64,000 nt of DNA from an uncultured bacterium (GCA_943788175.1 CALSPG010000005.1:1-64000); one strand, 5' to 3'. Numbered from the stretch's first letter, positions 1-11,058 are shown. The notes: a model not told the origin generated them from the sequence alone. A program made the numbers and translations.

Positions 1-169
1 AGTTATAAAAATTTAATCCTAATTTATCTTTTATAAAGCTATAGATACAATAAACAATTAGGTGCTAATTGATGCACTTTATGGTAATTGTTGTTTTATC
101 TTTGAAAAAATCAATTATTGATTTAATTCTTAATTAATCAGATCCTTTTAATTTTTTCATACATATTAA

Positions 170-400
170 TTAGCTAACAAAGCTCCAATTATTTGACCAG
201 TTTATAAAATAGACTACAAAAGAAGGGTTTATTCCTGTAAATGTATCTGTAAATATTCTTGCAATTGTAACTGTAGGGTTCGCAAAAGAAGTTGAAGAAG
301 TAAAACCAATATCCAGCTGTAATAAATAAGGCGAACAATACTCATATTCAAGCATCTGCAAATATTGACAATGTTGAAATTTGTAAATTTCGATTTTATC
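170..400 (-). pseudogene. Degraded/partial MIP aquaporin (AqpS-like), C-terminal half
   Basis: FTSSTSFANPTVTIARIFTDTFTGI matches the second NPA-loop region of arsenic-associated aquaporins. The upstream part is garbled; boundaries approximate. Confidence 0.65.
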
Positions 401-481
401 TAGATAGTTATTAATTAAAAAAATCCTTGAAGAGGAGTTTTTTAAAAATTAAAATAATAGATTAGTCGTAGTTTAATTGTT

Positions 482-887
482 TTAGGATTGAATTAAATCA
501 GAAATGATTTTACTCTTTATTAGATTTCTAATTTTATTAAAGTTGTTTTGTTCATATCTTTTTTGGATCGGGTTATGTTTCCATTTCCAATATTATTGAA
601 ACCAGGTATAACTGGGGCATTTATCACCACACCCCATTCCAACTACATAATCAAAATTTGGTGTCTAAGAAATCATTGATTGATTTATTTTGGCCTCTGT
701 GTATTTATCCCAATATCTTTTAATGATTCTATCGCTTTCGGATTAACCTCAGTACTTGGGTTTGGATCCTGCAGAATAAGCAATTATTTTGTTAGAAAAA
801 TAAATTATTAGATATGGCCTCAGCAAGCTGGCTTCTACAGGCATTTTCGATACAGACAAATAAAACTTTTTTAATTTTCTCCTTCAT
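482..887 (-). CDS. arsC: LMW-PTP-fold arsenate reductase (frameshifted)
   Basis: Manual translation from ATG 887: MKEKIKKVLFVCIENACRSQLAEA, with the CX5R P-loop. Later fragments YSAGS, VNPKAIESL and DPK. Multiple indels; absent from the ORF track. Confidence 0.8.
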
Positions 888-952
888 ACTCTATTCCTAT
901 TCTCACAATATTATTATAAAAATTAATCACCAAGTACGTGGTCCTCACTATT

Positions 953-990
953 AACTAGGCATAGCACTGTAATTTTTTCTATGCCTAGTT
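953..990. repeat. Perfect 12-bp inverted repeat (hairpin)
   Basis: AACTAGGCATAG (953-964) / CTATGCCTAGTT (979-990), followed by a T-run on the plus strand. Confidence 0.7.
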
Positions 991-1104
991 GATTCTTTTT
1001 TTAATAAACACTTTTTTACACAAAACAAATAAAAGTCTAATCTTTTTCTAACTTCACCAAAGCAATTTTTAACATCAGATTAATACTCTGATCCTTCTTG
1101 TTGT

Positions 1105-1142
1105 AAAAAATCAGCGGAAGTTATGCTCATGACTTCCGCTGA
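1105..1142 (-). terminator. Intrinsic terminator-like hairpin
   Basis: TCAGCGGAAGT / ACTTCCGCTGA stem followed by a T-run on the minus strand. Confidence 0.6.
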
Positions 1143-1369
1143 TAAATAAAATCTTTTATACCAGTCATGACCAGGATGGCATCGCGAAAGAGATTTTAAG
1201 ATCGATAAAATCACCTACTTCTACTAATGTTGAAAACACAAGAAATGCAACCTGTTGATCCCTTGGATACAACACAATTTATCACCTGAGCCAATCTTTT
1301 GCCCGGATGATTACATTTTAATTTAGAGTAAGACTTTTAGATAAATGTTTGAATTCTATTTAGAAACTA

Positions 1370-1398
1370 AACAGGCCTTGATCAAACAAGGGCCTGTT
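1370..1398 (-). terminator. Probable terminator of the tonB-like gene
   Basis: AACAGGCC / GGCCTGTT stem about 50 bp past the end of the tonB-like gene. Confidence 0.55.
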
Positions 1399-1446
1399 CT
1401 ATTTGTACATGCTGGCGAGCTATGGGAGAGTAAACCTATGAATATT

Positions 1447-1813
1447 TATTATTTTTCTGAAGATTATTGGGAGTTTATATTTTACAGAAATAGGTTGACC
1501 GTTGATGCTTGCCGGTACAAATTGTAATCTCTTTACTCCTTCAATCATAGCATTATCAATATACAGGTCCTAAGGATTTTTATAACTGTTATATCTGTTA
1601 CCTTTCCATCTTTATTAATGTAAAAACTCAGCTACAGATTTACCAGTTGTAATCATATATTGATCCATCATTATTTTTTGGATATTTAAATGCCTCTTGG
1701 ATTGACTTTGAACCACCAACTATTATTGGGAGTTCATTTTTTTGAACTATAGTTGAGGTTGCAAGTGAATACACACTAATAAATACCAATAAAATTTTGT
1801 TAAAACTAAACAT
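1447..1813 (-). CDS. Small energy transducer TonB (C-terminal domain) protein, frameshifted
   Basis: AAGGAG RBS, then ATG 1813: MFSFNKILLVFISVYSLA...ELPIIVGGSKSIQEAFKYP...IDNAMIEGVKRLQFVPASINGQPISVKYKLPIIF, a typical TonB_C pattern. Not in the ORF track. Confidence 0.75.
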
Positions 1814-1911
1814 TGAATCTCCTTTTTTTATATTATTATGTAATTAAAGATCTGAGATATAAAATCTCACTTTCCTATCCTTATTTACGTAAAAAAAATT
1901 GCCTAACTAAA

Positions 1912-1939
1912 ATTAGATTTCAGTTAGAGAAAAAATAGA
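1912..1939 (-). promoter_or_regulatory. Putative Pho box upstream of the tonB-like gene
   Basis: Minus strand TCTATT-N5-TCTAAC-N5-TCTAAT, 11-bp period. Confidence 0.55.
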
Positions 1940-2019
1940 AATTGATTCGAGTTTAATTGGATATTAATTATGCGAAGATTTGAATGATATGAGATTAATT
2001 TTTTTTCAATTTTATTATA

Positions 2020-2666
2020 CAAAAATTAAAGCTAGGCAAGAACCGATTAGCTGCCCTATGATAAAAGTTATCAACTGATGAAGGTGCAATTCCTGTAAAT
2101 GTATCAGTAAAATGTTCTTGCAGCTGTTACTGCAGGGATTGGCAAAAGATGTAAGAAGAAGTAAACCAATAACCAGCTGTAATAAATAAGGCGACTGCCA
2201 GATGCAACATCTTTTGGATTATATTTTTTTAACGAATAAAATTGTAATTATTAAACCAATTGTTGCAATTACTTCACTAAATATCATTTCTTATACCACC
2301 TCTATTATTAGTAGAAATTTGTATTATTTGCTGGCCAAAATAATAATGTACAGAAACCACAGATAAAAAGAGCGCCGAGAAATTGAAAAAGCACATATTT
2401 TAAAGCATCAAAAAGAGCTAATTCTTTTTTAATTAAAAAAAATTAAAGTTACTACAGGATTGAAATGCGCTCCAGATATCGATGAAAAAACTCTTTATTA
2501 AAACAAATAATATAGCGCCCAGTAGCAATTGTGTTTCCTAATAAAGAAACTGCATCGTTTCCTTGAGATAAATTTTCAGCCATTATACCAGAACCAATAA
2601 CCACAGCAGTTAAAAAAAAAGGTTCCAACGAGTTCTGATATATGAGAAGAATTAATTTTTTATCAT
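2020..2666 (-). CDS. MIP aquaporin, AqpS-like (frameshifted)
   Basis: Fragments ELVGT, FFLTAVVIGSGIMAENLSQGNDAVSLLGNTIATG, ISGAHFNPVVT, GYWFTSS and FTDTFTGIAP. Confidence 0.8.
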
Positions 2667-3273
2667 TATGCTTTTTATATTGTTCACGTGCATTTTTAAA
2701 TATTTCTAAAGCTTTTTGCTCATTCTCAAATCCATTTAGAACTATCTTCTTGGAACCTTTATAGTTAGTGAACCATATTTCAAGGATCTCTGTTATTCCC
2801 TGGTATGATTTTTTTAATTCATTAAAAGAGTCTACACTTGAGAAAATTGAATTATTAACCATCACTGCTATTAGCTTATCATCAACCTCGCCCTTGTCTA
2901 GCATTTTAAGAATTCCAATTAATTTGATTTCAACAACACTGCCTTTTTGTAATTGTTCACCTAATACTTATAACATCTAATGGGTCACCATCGCCTCCAG
3001 TTTCAGGTGATAAACAATGTTTTAGGAATCATTCCATAATTTCCAGGATAACCTATATACTTTATTTTTCTTGGAAGTCCATCCTCAATATCTTGCACTA
3101 TGTGACCGGTTTCTTTGGAAACTTCAAATTTTATCGTTTGTACCGGATGGTATTTTCAATTACTGCGTTAATATTTCCAGAAATTGAAACAGGTTTCTAT
3201 ATCATGAATGTAAGATTCAATTTTATCTAATGAATTACATGTAAAAAGAAAAAATTAATAATAATAATTTCAT
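2665..3273 (-). CDS. ppa: Family I inorganic pyrophosphatase with probable N-terminal (lipo)signal peptide, frameshifted
   Basis: Motifs GYPGNYGMIP, GGDGDPLDV, DKGEVDDKLIAV and WFTNYKG. The N-terminus is hydrophobic and followed by TCNS. Confidence 0.85.
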
Positions 3274-3324
3274 TGTAAAAAATTACATACTTCAACGTAA
3301 CCATTTTAAAAATTAACTGATTAT

Positions 3325-3358
3325 AAAAAAAGGGTCATAATTTCTTATGACCCTTTTT
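3325..3358. terminator. Bidirectional intrinsic terminator
   Basis: AAAAAAAGGGTCATAA-TTTC-TTATGACCCTTTTT. Confidence 0.85.
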
Positions 3359-3398
3359 AATGCTCATCATGAGCTTTTTATGTGAGGTGGACACATAA

Positions 3399-5018
3399 TT
3401 ATTTTTACTAATGTCATCTTACCCATAGCTGATAAATCACCAGCTTGAACTTGATAAAAATAAATCCCACTTGGAACACTAGCACCATTAGAATTAATTC
3501 CATTCCAATTGATTACCTGCATACCTGGTAAGGTGTTTGAGAAAGAAATCTCATTTACGATTTGACCCATAACATTAAAAACTGTAAAGGTTACATTATC
3601 ATGATATCCACTTAACTCAAAGTTAATTTTTGTTGATGGATTAAATGGATTTGGATAATTACCATGTAGTTTTAACTCCTGAGCTATAATGGAATTTTTA
3701 TCGTTGTCCGTACTTAACACCTCTGCAACAGATAAGTAAGACCAACCCCTCAAGCCAGTTTGAATCACTTGAAAAAGCACCTTTATAATTAGTTTGAGTA
3801 AAGAAATCATCCTCTATAACTTCATCGATATTTTCAAAAAGCTATACTGTTTAATGGTGGGTTAACATGCAAAGTTGCAGGTAGACCATTAGCATCTACT
3901 GTCATTGCCAGTCCAGCTGACTCAGATACATATGTTCCTGTCCAAGCACCATCAGTTGACTCATCAAAATCATCCCAAGGTACATCTGCTAATCCATTCA
4001 TGATCATACTGCCAGATATATATAAATAATCTGGGTGACCATGAGCCTGAGCAACAGCTAGATCTTGAGTTACAAGCTCTGAACCATTGTCATCATTGCG
4101 AACACCATCGTTTGCACCATGAATAATATAATTACGAAAATCTCCACCAGTACCTTCCCTGAGACGTAAAGCATCTTCTCCATGTGCAACAGAACTAATT
4201 ACTGTTACATTCGCAAAATGAGGGTGAGACCTTGGCTGACTATCTAGATCACCATTGGTCTTGCTATCCATCTCATGACCTTTATCACTATCATCTGCTC
4301 TTACTACAAGTAAGAAACTGACCACGGCCTTGGTATCCTGCATCTGTATCAAATGCATCATCACCTACAGCAATCACTGAACAATACTTTAGGTCAACTG
4401 TCCCACCAAACATCTCAAAGCCATCATCTAAGTTTAACCCAACTTCACAATACTCCACTGTCGTTCCACGGCCAACACCTGCAAGCGTAATACCATTGAT
4501 CTCATTATCTGGAGCAATAGAAGAACCACCATTCCAAACACGAACATAACGAAGTACGCCAGAATTATCATCTGGATCTGTACCGCCATATGGAACACCA
4601 GTTAGACCTTCTACATTTGCAGTGCCTCCATCATTTGCAATGGGAGCGTATCCATTGATGATCAAGCCACCCCAAAGACCACGACCGTTACCGTAGTTAG
4701 GATCATCTGCATCAAGCTCAGAACGAAATGTGATCGGAGCTTCCGGCGTTCCTTGTGCCATAATCATACCACCTTGTTCAACTACTAAACATGGAGCAGG
4801 ATTATCCGCAGAATAGTTCGCATCGTAACGGCCAACAACTTCGTTCCTTCTTCAATTGTTAGGGTAGCGCCATCCTTTACAAATGCTTGGCTATTGAGGT
4901 AATATGTGTTATTCGATGTCCATACTACATCAGAATTAATATCTCCATCAACTGTTATCAAATCAGCGTAGCTGATCGATAAAGCAATAAAAATTGACAT
5001 TATTAACTTATTATTCAT
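3399..5018 (-). CDS. Secreted ElpS-like / beta-helix-type protein with T9SS-type (FlgD-Ig) C-terminal sorting domain; one gene split across 4 ORFs
   Basis: Signal peptide; WGGLIINGYAP, YGGTDPDDNSGVLRYVR, NEINGITLAGVGRGT, DDGFEMFGG, GDDAFDTD. C-terminus YPNPFNPST...WNG...SGIYFY...KMTLVK. AAGGAG RBS. Confidence 0.75.
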
Positions 5019-5037
5019 TTTATCTCCTTTGGTTTAT

Positions 5038-8000
5038 TTAATTATTAAATTGAATACTTATTGAAAATGAGCGTCCAGACCATACTCCTGAGTCGTGTAA
5101 TATTTCTCGTTATAAAAATGTGCAACCCTTACAGGTTGATCTAATAGATTATTTGCTTTAAAAGAAACCTTATAAGAACCACCAATTTTTTTACTCGCTA
5201 CAAAATTCAAAGAGTGAAATGGTCTTTCCCAAAAATGACCAGCAACTTCATTTGAAATTCTTATAAGGCGCTTGCTAAAAGTATTATATGCTAAATTAAG
5301 ATCTAACCCAGATCTATTTTTAAAATTAAGACTCATATTAAAAAACAACATTAGATTGGCCTTGTAGTGGCCTTGCTCTTTTATTAGAACTATTATCAAC
5401 TGTATTTGGGAAACCAACTTGAGCGTTTAATACTGCATTATGAATAAATACGGAATCTGGGAGAGACCACTTCGGATTTACTAAGCGATAAATTTGTGTT
5501 CAAAAATAAAAAACCAAGGTTTGTTGGTAAAATATTTAACTCTTTTCTAAGTTCAGATTCTATTCCCACGATGTCAGCATATTCACCATTTTGCCATGAT
5601 TTTGTATAGGATAAACCACTAGCAGCAATTAGTGACTCTTCAATAGGATTAGTGAAATGTTTTTGAAAAAGACCAATGAAACTAATTCGACCCCCTTTGG
5701 ATAATATTCATATCTAATATCAGAGCTTTGAATGGTTGTATTTTTTAAGTGAGGATAACCTATGGTTTCATCTGCGCCAAGGAACTCTTGAAAAACATAT
5801 GGAGCATATTCCCTAAATTGTGCTCTAGCTACTGTCCTAGAAAAAGATGATCGGATTTTTGATTTTTCAGATAAAGAGTAATTTATTATTAGAGCGGGTA
5901 AAAATCTTTTAGATGAATTTATAAAATTTATGATAGATGTATCCGTCTCTGCATCTTCAAATGCCTCTCCATTATCCCAAATACCGTTGTTATTGACATC
6001 ATTAAATGTCTCACCGTCATCCCACACGCCATTAGATTCTAAAGTGTAAGGTTTATAGGATAAAACTGGGTGATAAGGATTCATAGTCATACTGTAGTCT
6101 TCATATCTTCCGCCGATACTGATTTGCAGATTTTCATTCCATGTATAATTAAACATAAGGTAAGCAGCATCTATATCTTCAGTAGCTACATAACCATCAA
6201 ACCCACTGGTTTTTTCACTAAAAACTAAACCTTCATTTATAGTTGAATCAGACTGGTTTACAGTTGCCCAGTAGTCATTATCAAGGGCGCCATTTAATAT
6301 CATCAATACTTGAAGTGGTTATTGAATCATTTGTTGCTAAAGAAAAAGAGAGTAATCCATGTATAGATAACGACGTTTAAAGTCTCTTTCTTTTCTATCA
6401 ACCTTAAATCCAAATTTTATCTTAGTGTTTTTAGTAAGTGTAATAAGATGATCATATGAAACACCGTAAATGTTTTTCTTTGCCTTTACTATTATAAGAC
6501 ACGCCGGGTTGGATCCATTTCTTAGATATAATGTGTATGAACCTGTTCTAGGGTCTAGTTCATCTCTTACATATTCCCATTCCGATTTTGCAGCAAATGG
6601 CTCATACATATCAGACTTTCCAAAAGTATATTTAAAGTCTATTTCATTTTTAATAGTTTGTAAATCAAACTTGTTCTCAATTGATAATGTTGTGAGGTTA
6701 ATCGCCTTTTCATTATATCTTTGTGAAATTAAAAGACCATTCTCATCCAAGACAGAAATTGAATCGCCTGGATCCCACTGACTATTTTGATTGCTGTCCG
6801 TATACGATTCATTTGAATCGTATATACCATCACCATCAATATCATCCCACTGCTCACCATTAAAAGAAACACCATCTAAATAGGCATTGAAATCTTTTCC
6901 AGGATATAAATTTGTGTAGTCATGGGTTAACTCACCTGACATGCCTGAAGAAGTAGTAAAATTATCTTTTGATGTATGGGTATAAACATTCCTCAATCCA
7001 AATCTCAGATTATTTCTTATTGTTAGCCCAAAACTAAAATTCATTCCAATGTTTGAGGATGTTTGATAAATATCTCTATCAAGTCCAATAAACCCTTTTC
7101 GTAGTATCTTATCATATTGGATAGTTTCTGAACCAGTTATTGGATCAACTATAACAGTTCCTTCATCATTTGGATCATTATAAGCATTGTATCGATCCAT
7201 ACGCTCTTGATTATATTTTGATTTGTTAGAATAATTTCCATCAAATAAAAACCCCATCTCGAGATCATTTGCTGATCCATATTTTGTACCATATGTAAAA
7301 CTCATGCTACCTGGCAAACTTGCTTTCTTTATAGAATTTTGAAAAGCATTAGGGAGTAACTGTTTTTCTGATAAGATTTTTCGAACCATAAATACTCTCT
7401 CATAGGTTCTGAATTCCAGCCAATTGTATCTCCTGTAAAACTGCTAACTATTGGCGTTAAAAGGTCAGAAAGAAATGTCTCTGGAAATACTACCATAGCT
7501 AATTAATTCATCCTCAAAATCAGATGGAAGGTCTCTTGATCTTTTAAGATCAAATCCAAATAAATCATTAGATCCTGACATATTTACTTTCATATCATCA
7601 CCAGGCATGATATTGCCAGATACACCCGCACCCACTTTAAGTTTATAGATAGTTTTTGATGGGTAAAGCTTGGTCCTGATGTTTACATTACCGCCTCCAA
7701 AAGCGCCTGGCAAATCAGGACGATAGCTTTTGGCAACATCTATACCAGATATAAGCGCCGTACTAAAAAGATCTAAAGGTACTGAGCGCCTATCGGATTC
7801 TGGACTAGGCATTCCAACAGAATTTAGTTGAGCGCTACTATAACGATCTCCTAATCCACGAACAACGAGAAATTTATCGTCTACTATTGTAACACCTGTT
7901 ACACGCCTTACAGCATCAGCAACATGACTATCTCCAGATTTAGAAATTTGATCAGATGAGATATTATCTTGCATCTCCAGTGCATCTTGTTTTTTTGAAA

Positions 8001-8379
8001 GAGACTCTATATCAGATCCTGTTTTCTTTTCAGCCATAACCTGAACGCCTGTTATTGAAACAACATCTTTTTTCAGACCTATATTCTTATTTATTGTCTG
8101 ATTAGGAAAAATCTCAATATCTGTAACCGCTGTGGTTTCATAGCCTATGTATGATACTTTTAACGAAATCATCCCAGGTTCAACTCCTTGGATGAAAAAC
8201 TTTCCTTCAAAATCTGTTGCTGCCCCATTTGCTGTACCACTTATAATGACATTCGCTCCTATTAAAGCTTCTTTACTTTCTAAATCCTCAATTACCCCTG
8301 TTATACTTCCAAACTCATTTGCAAAAATGCTTTCACAACATAACACAAGTAATAATATTCTCATTTTTAATTTTTCCAT
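5038..8379 (-). CDS. TonB-dependent receptor with N-terminal carboxypeptidase-regulatory-like domain; split by several frameshifts
   Basis: ALIGANVIISGT...GAATDFEG; plug VRGLGDRYS...PLDLF; barrel motifs SFSRTVARAQFRE, DIRYEYYP and ANNLLD. Reconstructed end GRSFSISIQFNN*. Confidence 0.9.
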
Positions 8380-8439
8380 GTTCACCTCACAAAAATTGAA
8401 AAATAATTAATTAATTCGTTGTGATTTTAGAATATGAAA

Positions 8440-8478
8440 ATTTGATTTTTGTTTGAGATATATTTGAAATTTGTTAGA
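8440..8478 (-). promoter_or_regulatory. Putative Pho box (4 repeats) upstream of the receptor
   Basis: TCTAAC/TCAAAT/TCAAAC/TCAAAT at exact 11-bp period, with TAAAAT (-10 like) exactly 10 bp downstream. Confidence 0.7.
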
Positions 8479-8531
8479 TAGGCTTCTAACAAAAAACAGA
8501 TGGAGTTATAGGTAAAGAGCTTTTTTAAAGG

Positions 8532-10343
8532 TTAATTGGAAATATTTTTAGGCAAAGTAAACCTAAATACCGTACTGATTTCATCACTTTTTTTAACTTC
8601 AATGGTTCCATTATGTACAATAGATATGTGCTTTACGATTGCTAAACCGAGCCCAGTTCCACCCGTTTTTTTACTTCTTGATTTGTCAACTCTATAAAAC
8701 CTGTTGAATATTCTATCATGCTCTTTTCTCGGAATTATGCTTCCTGTGTTTTCTATATCAATTGATATATTATTAGACTTTTCTTTAACTGCTAGCTTTA
8801 CACTTGAATTGTTATCTCCATATTTAATTGCATTTTCAAGTAAGTTAATTAATGCTTCTCGCAATAATTGGGAATCAATATTTGCATTAATTTTTTCAGA
8901 ACAATTACATAAAACTTTAGCATTATATTTTTTAATAGTTCCTCTAATATCTTCAATACTTCCTGCAACTACAGGTAATAGTACTTGATTAGAAAGAGTA
9001 AAGATTTCCTCGTCTTGCATAGCTTCAATTCGAGAAAGTCTTAGGAGGTCATCTATTATTGAATTTAACCGAAAATTTTGTTCAATCGCTTTTTCCAAGA
9101 ATTCATTTTTTGTTTCAAGTGGGATATCACCTTGAGCGGTTTCAATATACCCACCTATGGATGTTATTGGTGTTTTTAACTCATGACTAACATTTGCCAC
9201 GAAGACTCTTCTCATCGCTTCTAATTGTTTTAATCTTGTAACATCAGTCATTACGATAAGACACCCTACTGGCTTTGAACTTTGATTTTTAAGCATTTTA
9301 CCATTAACAATAAAAAACATTTTTTTTACTTTACCAATTTGGATCTCTTTAGTGAAAGGTCTTTGCTTTTTTAAAATTGACTTTATTATTTTTTTTAGAG
9401 ATGTGTTTTTTACTTTATCATCGAATTTTTTACCAATATCTTTTTTTCTATCTAAGTCTAAATAAGAAGCTGCTGCTTTGTTAATAGTTGAAATTTTATT
9501 ATTTAAGTCTATAGCAATTAAACCCTCTGACATTGAATATTGAATTATATTAATGTAATTCAACATATCTTTTTGCTCATTTTTTTCTTTGGTGATTGTC
9601 TCAAACCTTTTATTGAGCTCATCTGCCATTTCATTTAAAGCTATACTTATAGAGGATATTTCTTGAGTGTTAGAAAAGAATTTATTTTTAGGGATTTGAA
9701 TAGGTTTCAACATATCTCCATCCGAAATCTGTTTTGCTGCTTTTCCTATTAAAAAAAGTGGTCTTGTTATAAAACGTGAAGTGATAATCACAACGGGAAT
9801 AATGGCCAATAAAATTATCAGACTAATCAAAATGATTCTTTCACGTGCTTCATTAATACTTATTGATAGCGAAGCCATTGAATCTGATGTTCTGATAATT
9901 ATAGGTCTGCTTTTGTGATCTACTAATATCGCAACGTATAACATATCCTCGTTTATAGTTGTACTATATCTTTGCGAGCTACCAAGGCCTCTCTTAATTG
10001 CGGTCTCTATTTCTTGTCTTTTACTAACAGTTCTGTGATTCTCCATTAAGTTAGGATCTTCTTCTGAATCTGCAAACACCTTACCTGTAGTATCTATAAT
10101 AGTAATTCTGATTTTAGATAACTCACTAGATTCTTTTACAAAATCTTGCAAACTAACACTACTTTTTTTCATGTTTATTGCTGATTGGATGAGATAAGCT
10201 TTTGACGCAAGATTCTCCCTGGTCTCATCGATATAAAATTTTTCAATAAAGGGGCCTATAAAATAATATTGTACTCCCCACCCTACTATATATATAGGTA
10301 GTAGAAAATAAAGTAACTGTAGAAAAAGTGGTCTATTTTTCAT
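8532..10343 (-). CDS. phoR: Phosphate regulon sensor histidine kinase (HAMP, PAS, HisKA, HATPase)
   Basis: FVANVSHELKTPITSI, NLLENAIKY, RFYRVDKSRS, GGTGLGLAIVKH. Overlaps the phoB stop. Confidence 0.88.
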   Translation of the reverse strand: MKNRPLFLQLLYFLLPIYIVGWGVQYYFIGPFIEKFYIDETRENLASKAYLIQSAINMKKSSVSLQDFVKESSELSKIRITIIDTTGKVFADSEEDPNLMENHRTVSKRQEIETAIKRGLGSSQRYSTTINEDMLYVAILVDHKSRPIIIRTSDSMASLSISINEARERIILISLIILLAIIPVVIITSRFITRPLFLIGKAAKQISDGDMLKPIQIPKNKFFSNTQEISSISIALNEMADELNKRFETITKEKNEQKDMLNYINIIQYSMSEGLIAIDLNNKISTINKAAASYLDLDRKKDIGKKFDDKVKNTSLKKIIKSILKKQRPFTKEIQIGKVKKMFFIVNGKMLKNQSSKPVGCLIVMTDVTRLKQLEAMRRVFVANVSHELKTPITSIGGYIETAQGDIPLETKNEFLEKAIEQNFRLNSIIDDLLRLSRIEAMQDEEIFTLSNQVLLPVVAGSIEDIRGTIKKYNAKVLCNCSEKINANIDSQLLREALINLLENAIKYGDNNSSVKLAVKEKSNNISIDIENTGSIIPRKEHDRIFNRFYRVDKSRSKKTGGTGLGLAIVKHISIVHNGTIEVKKSDEISTVFRFTLPKNISN

Positions 10344-11037
10344 CCGGTGCAAACCGGTATCCTACACCTCGAACAGTCCTAATTAATTTTCCTGCGCCTC
10401 TAAGTTTCTTGCGAAGGCCCACAATTTGAAAATCTACTGAACGATCTGTAACCGGGTAATTATCACCTCTGATTTTATCAATAATTTGATAACGGGTAAA
10501 GACCCAGCCTGGATGTCCAGCAAGTAAGTATAATATCTGAAATTCAGAGAAAGTTAGATTGTCGATTACCTTATTCTCAACTCTAACTTCTCTCAATCTT
10601 GGTTTAATGCTTATACCATTTATCAAAAGAGATTTGTCAGAGTCCTGATCATATTCTTCGAACGAACGTCTTAATACAGCACTAACTCGAGCTAATAGAA
10701 CCTTAATACTAAAAGGTTTTGTAATATAATCATCTGCTCCCGTTTCAAGACCTTTAATTATATCTTCTTCTTGTCCCATAGCTGTAACCATGATAATTGG
10801 TATATCTTTAGTTTCTTGATCTGCTTTAATTATTCTGCAAACATCAAGACCATGTATCCCCGGAAGCATAAGGTCTAACAATATTAAATCAGGAAGATTT
10901 TTTCTTGCCTTTTCAATTCCAAGCTCACCGTCATTAGCTTCAAATACTTGATGGCCCTGGTTTGATAAATTAAAAGAAATTAATTTTTTAATATCTGGAT
11001 CATCTTCTACTACCAGTATATTTTTATTTTGTGCCAT
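10333..11037 (-). CDS. phoB: OmpR/PhoB family response regulator
   Basis: ILVVEDD, LDLMLPG, GADDYITKPF, RSVDFQIVGLRKKL, TVRGVGYRF. Phosphate-gene context. Confidence 0.88.
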   Translation of the reverse strand: MAQNKNILVVEDDPDIKKLISFNLSNQGHQVFEANDGELGIEKARKNLPDLILLDLMLPGIHGLDVCRIIKADQETKDIPIIMVTAMGQEEDIIKGLETGADDYITKPFSIKVLLARVSAVLRRSFEEYDQDSDKSLLINGISIKPRLREVRVENKVIDNLTFSEFQILYLLAGHPGWVFTRYQIIDKIRGDNYPVTDRSVDFQIVGLRKKLRGAGKLIRTVRGVGYRFAPDEK

Positions 11038-11058
11038 AACTAAACTTATTACCAGTTT

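Noticed and set aside
1155-1180. GGTCATGACTGG on the minus strand resembling the start of a ZTP riboswitch
   Set aside because: The downstream conserved ZTP elements are absent and no purine or folate gene follows.
1345-1527. 60-aa plus-strand ORF
   Set aside because: Antisense to the tonB-like gene end and its terminator; no recognisable motif.
2452-2904. Apparent pyrophosphatase-aquaporin fusion ORF
   Set aside because: The junction lies in A-runs in an indel-rich region; best explained as two adjacent genes joined by frameshift errors.
3399-8379. Programmed frameshifting or stop-codon recoding as the cause of split ORFs
   Set aside because: Breaks are frame changes at scattered sites, not in-frame stops, and the rest of the window reads normally in code 11.
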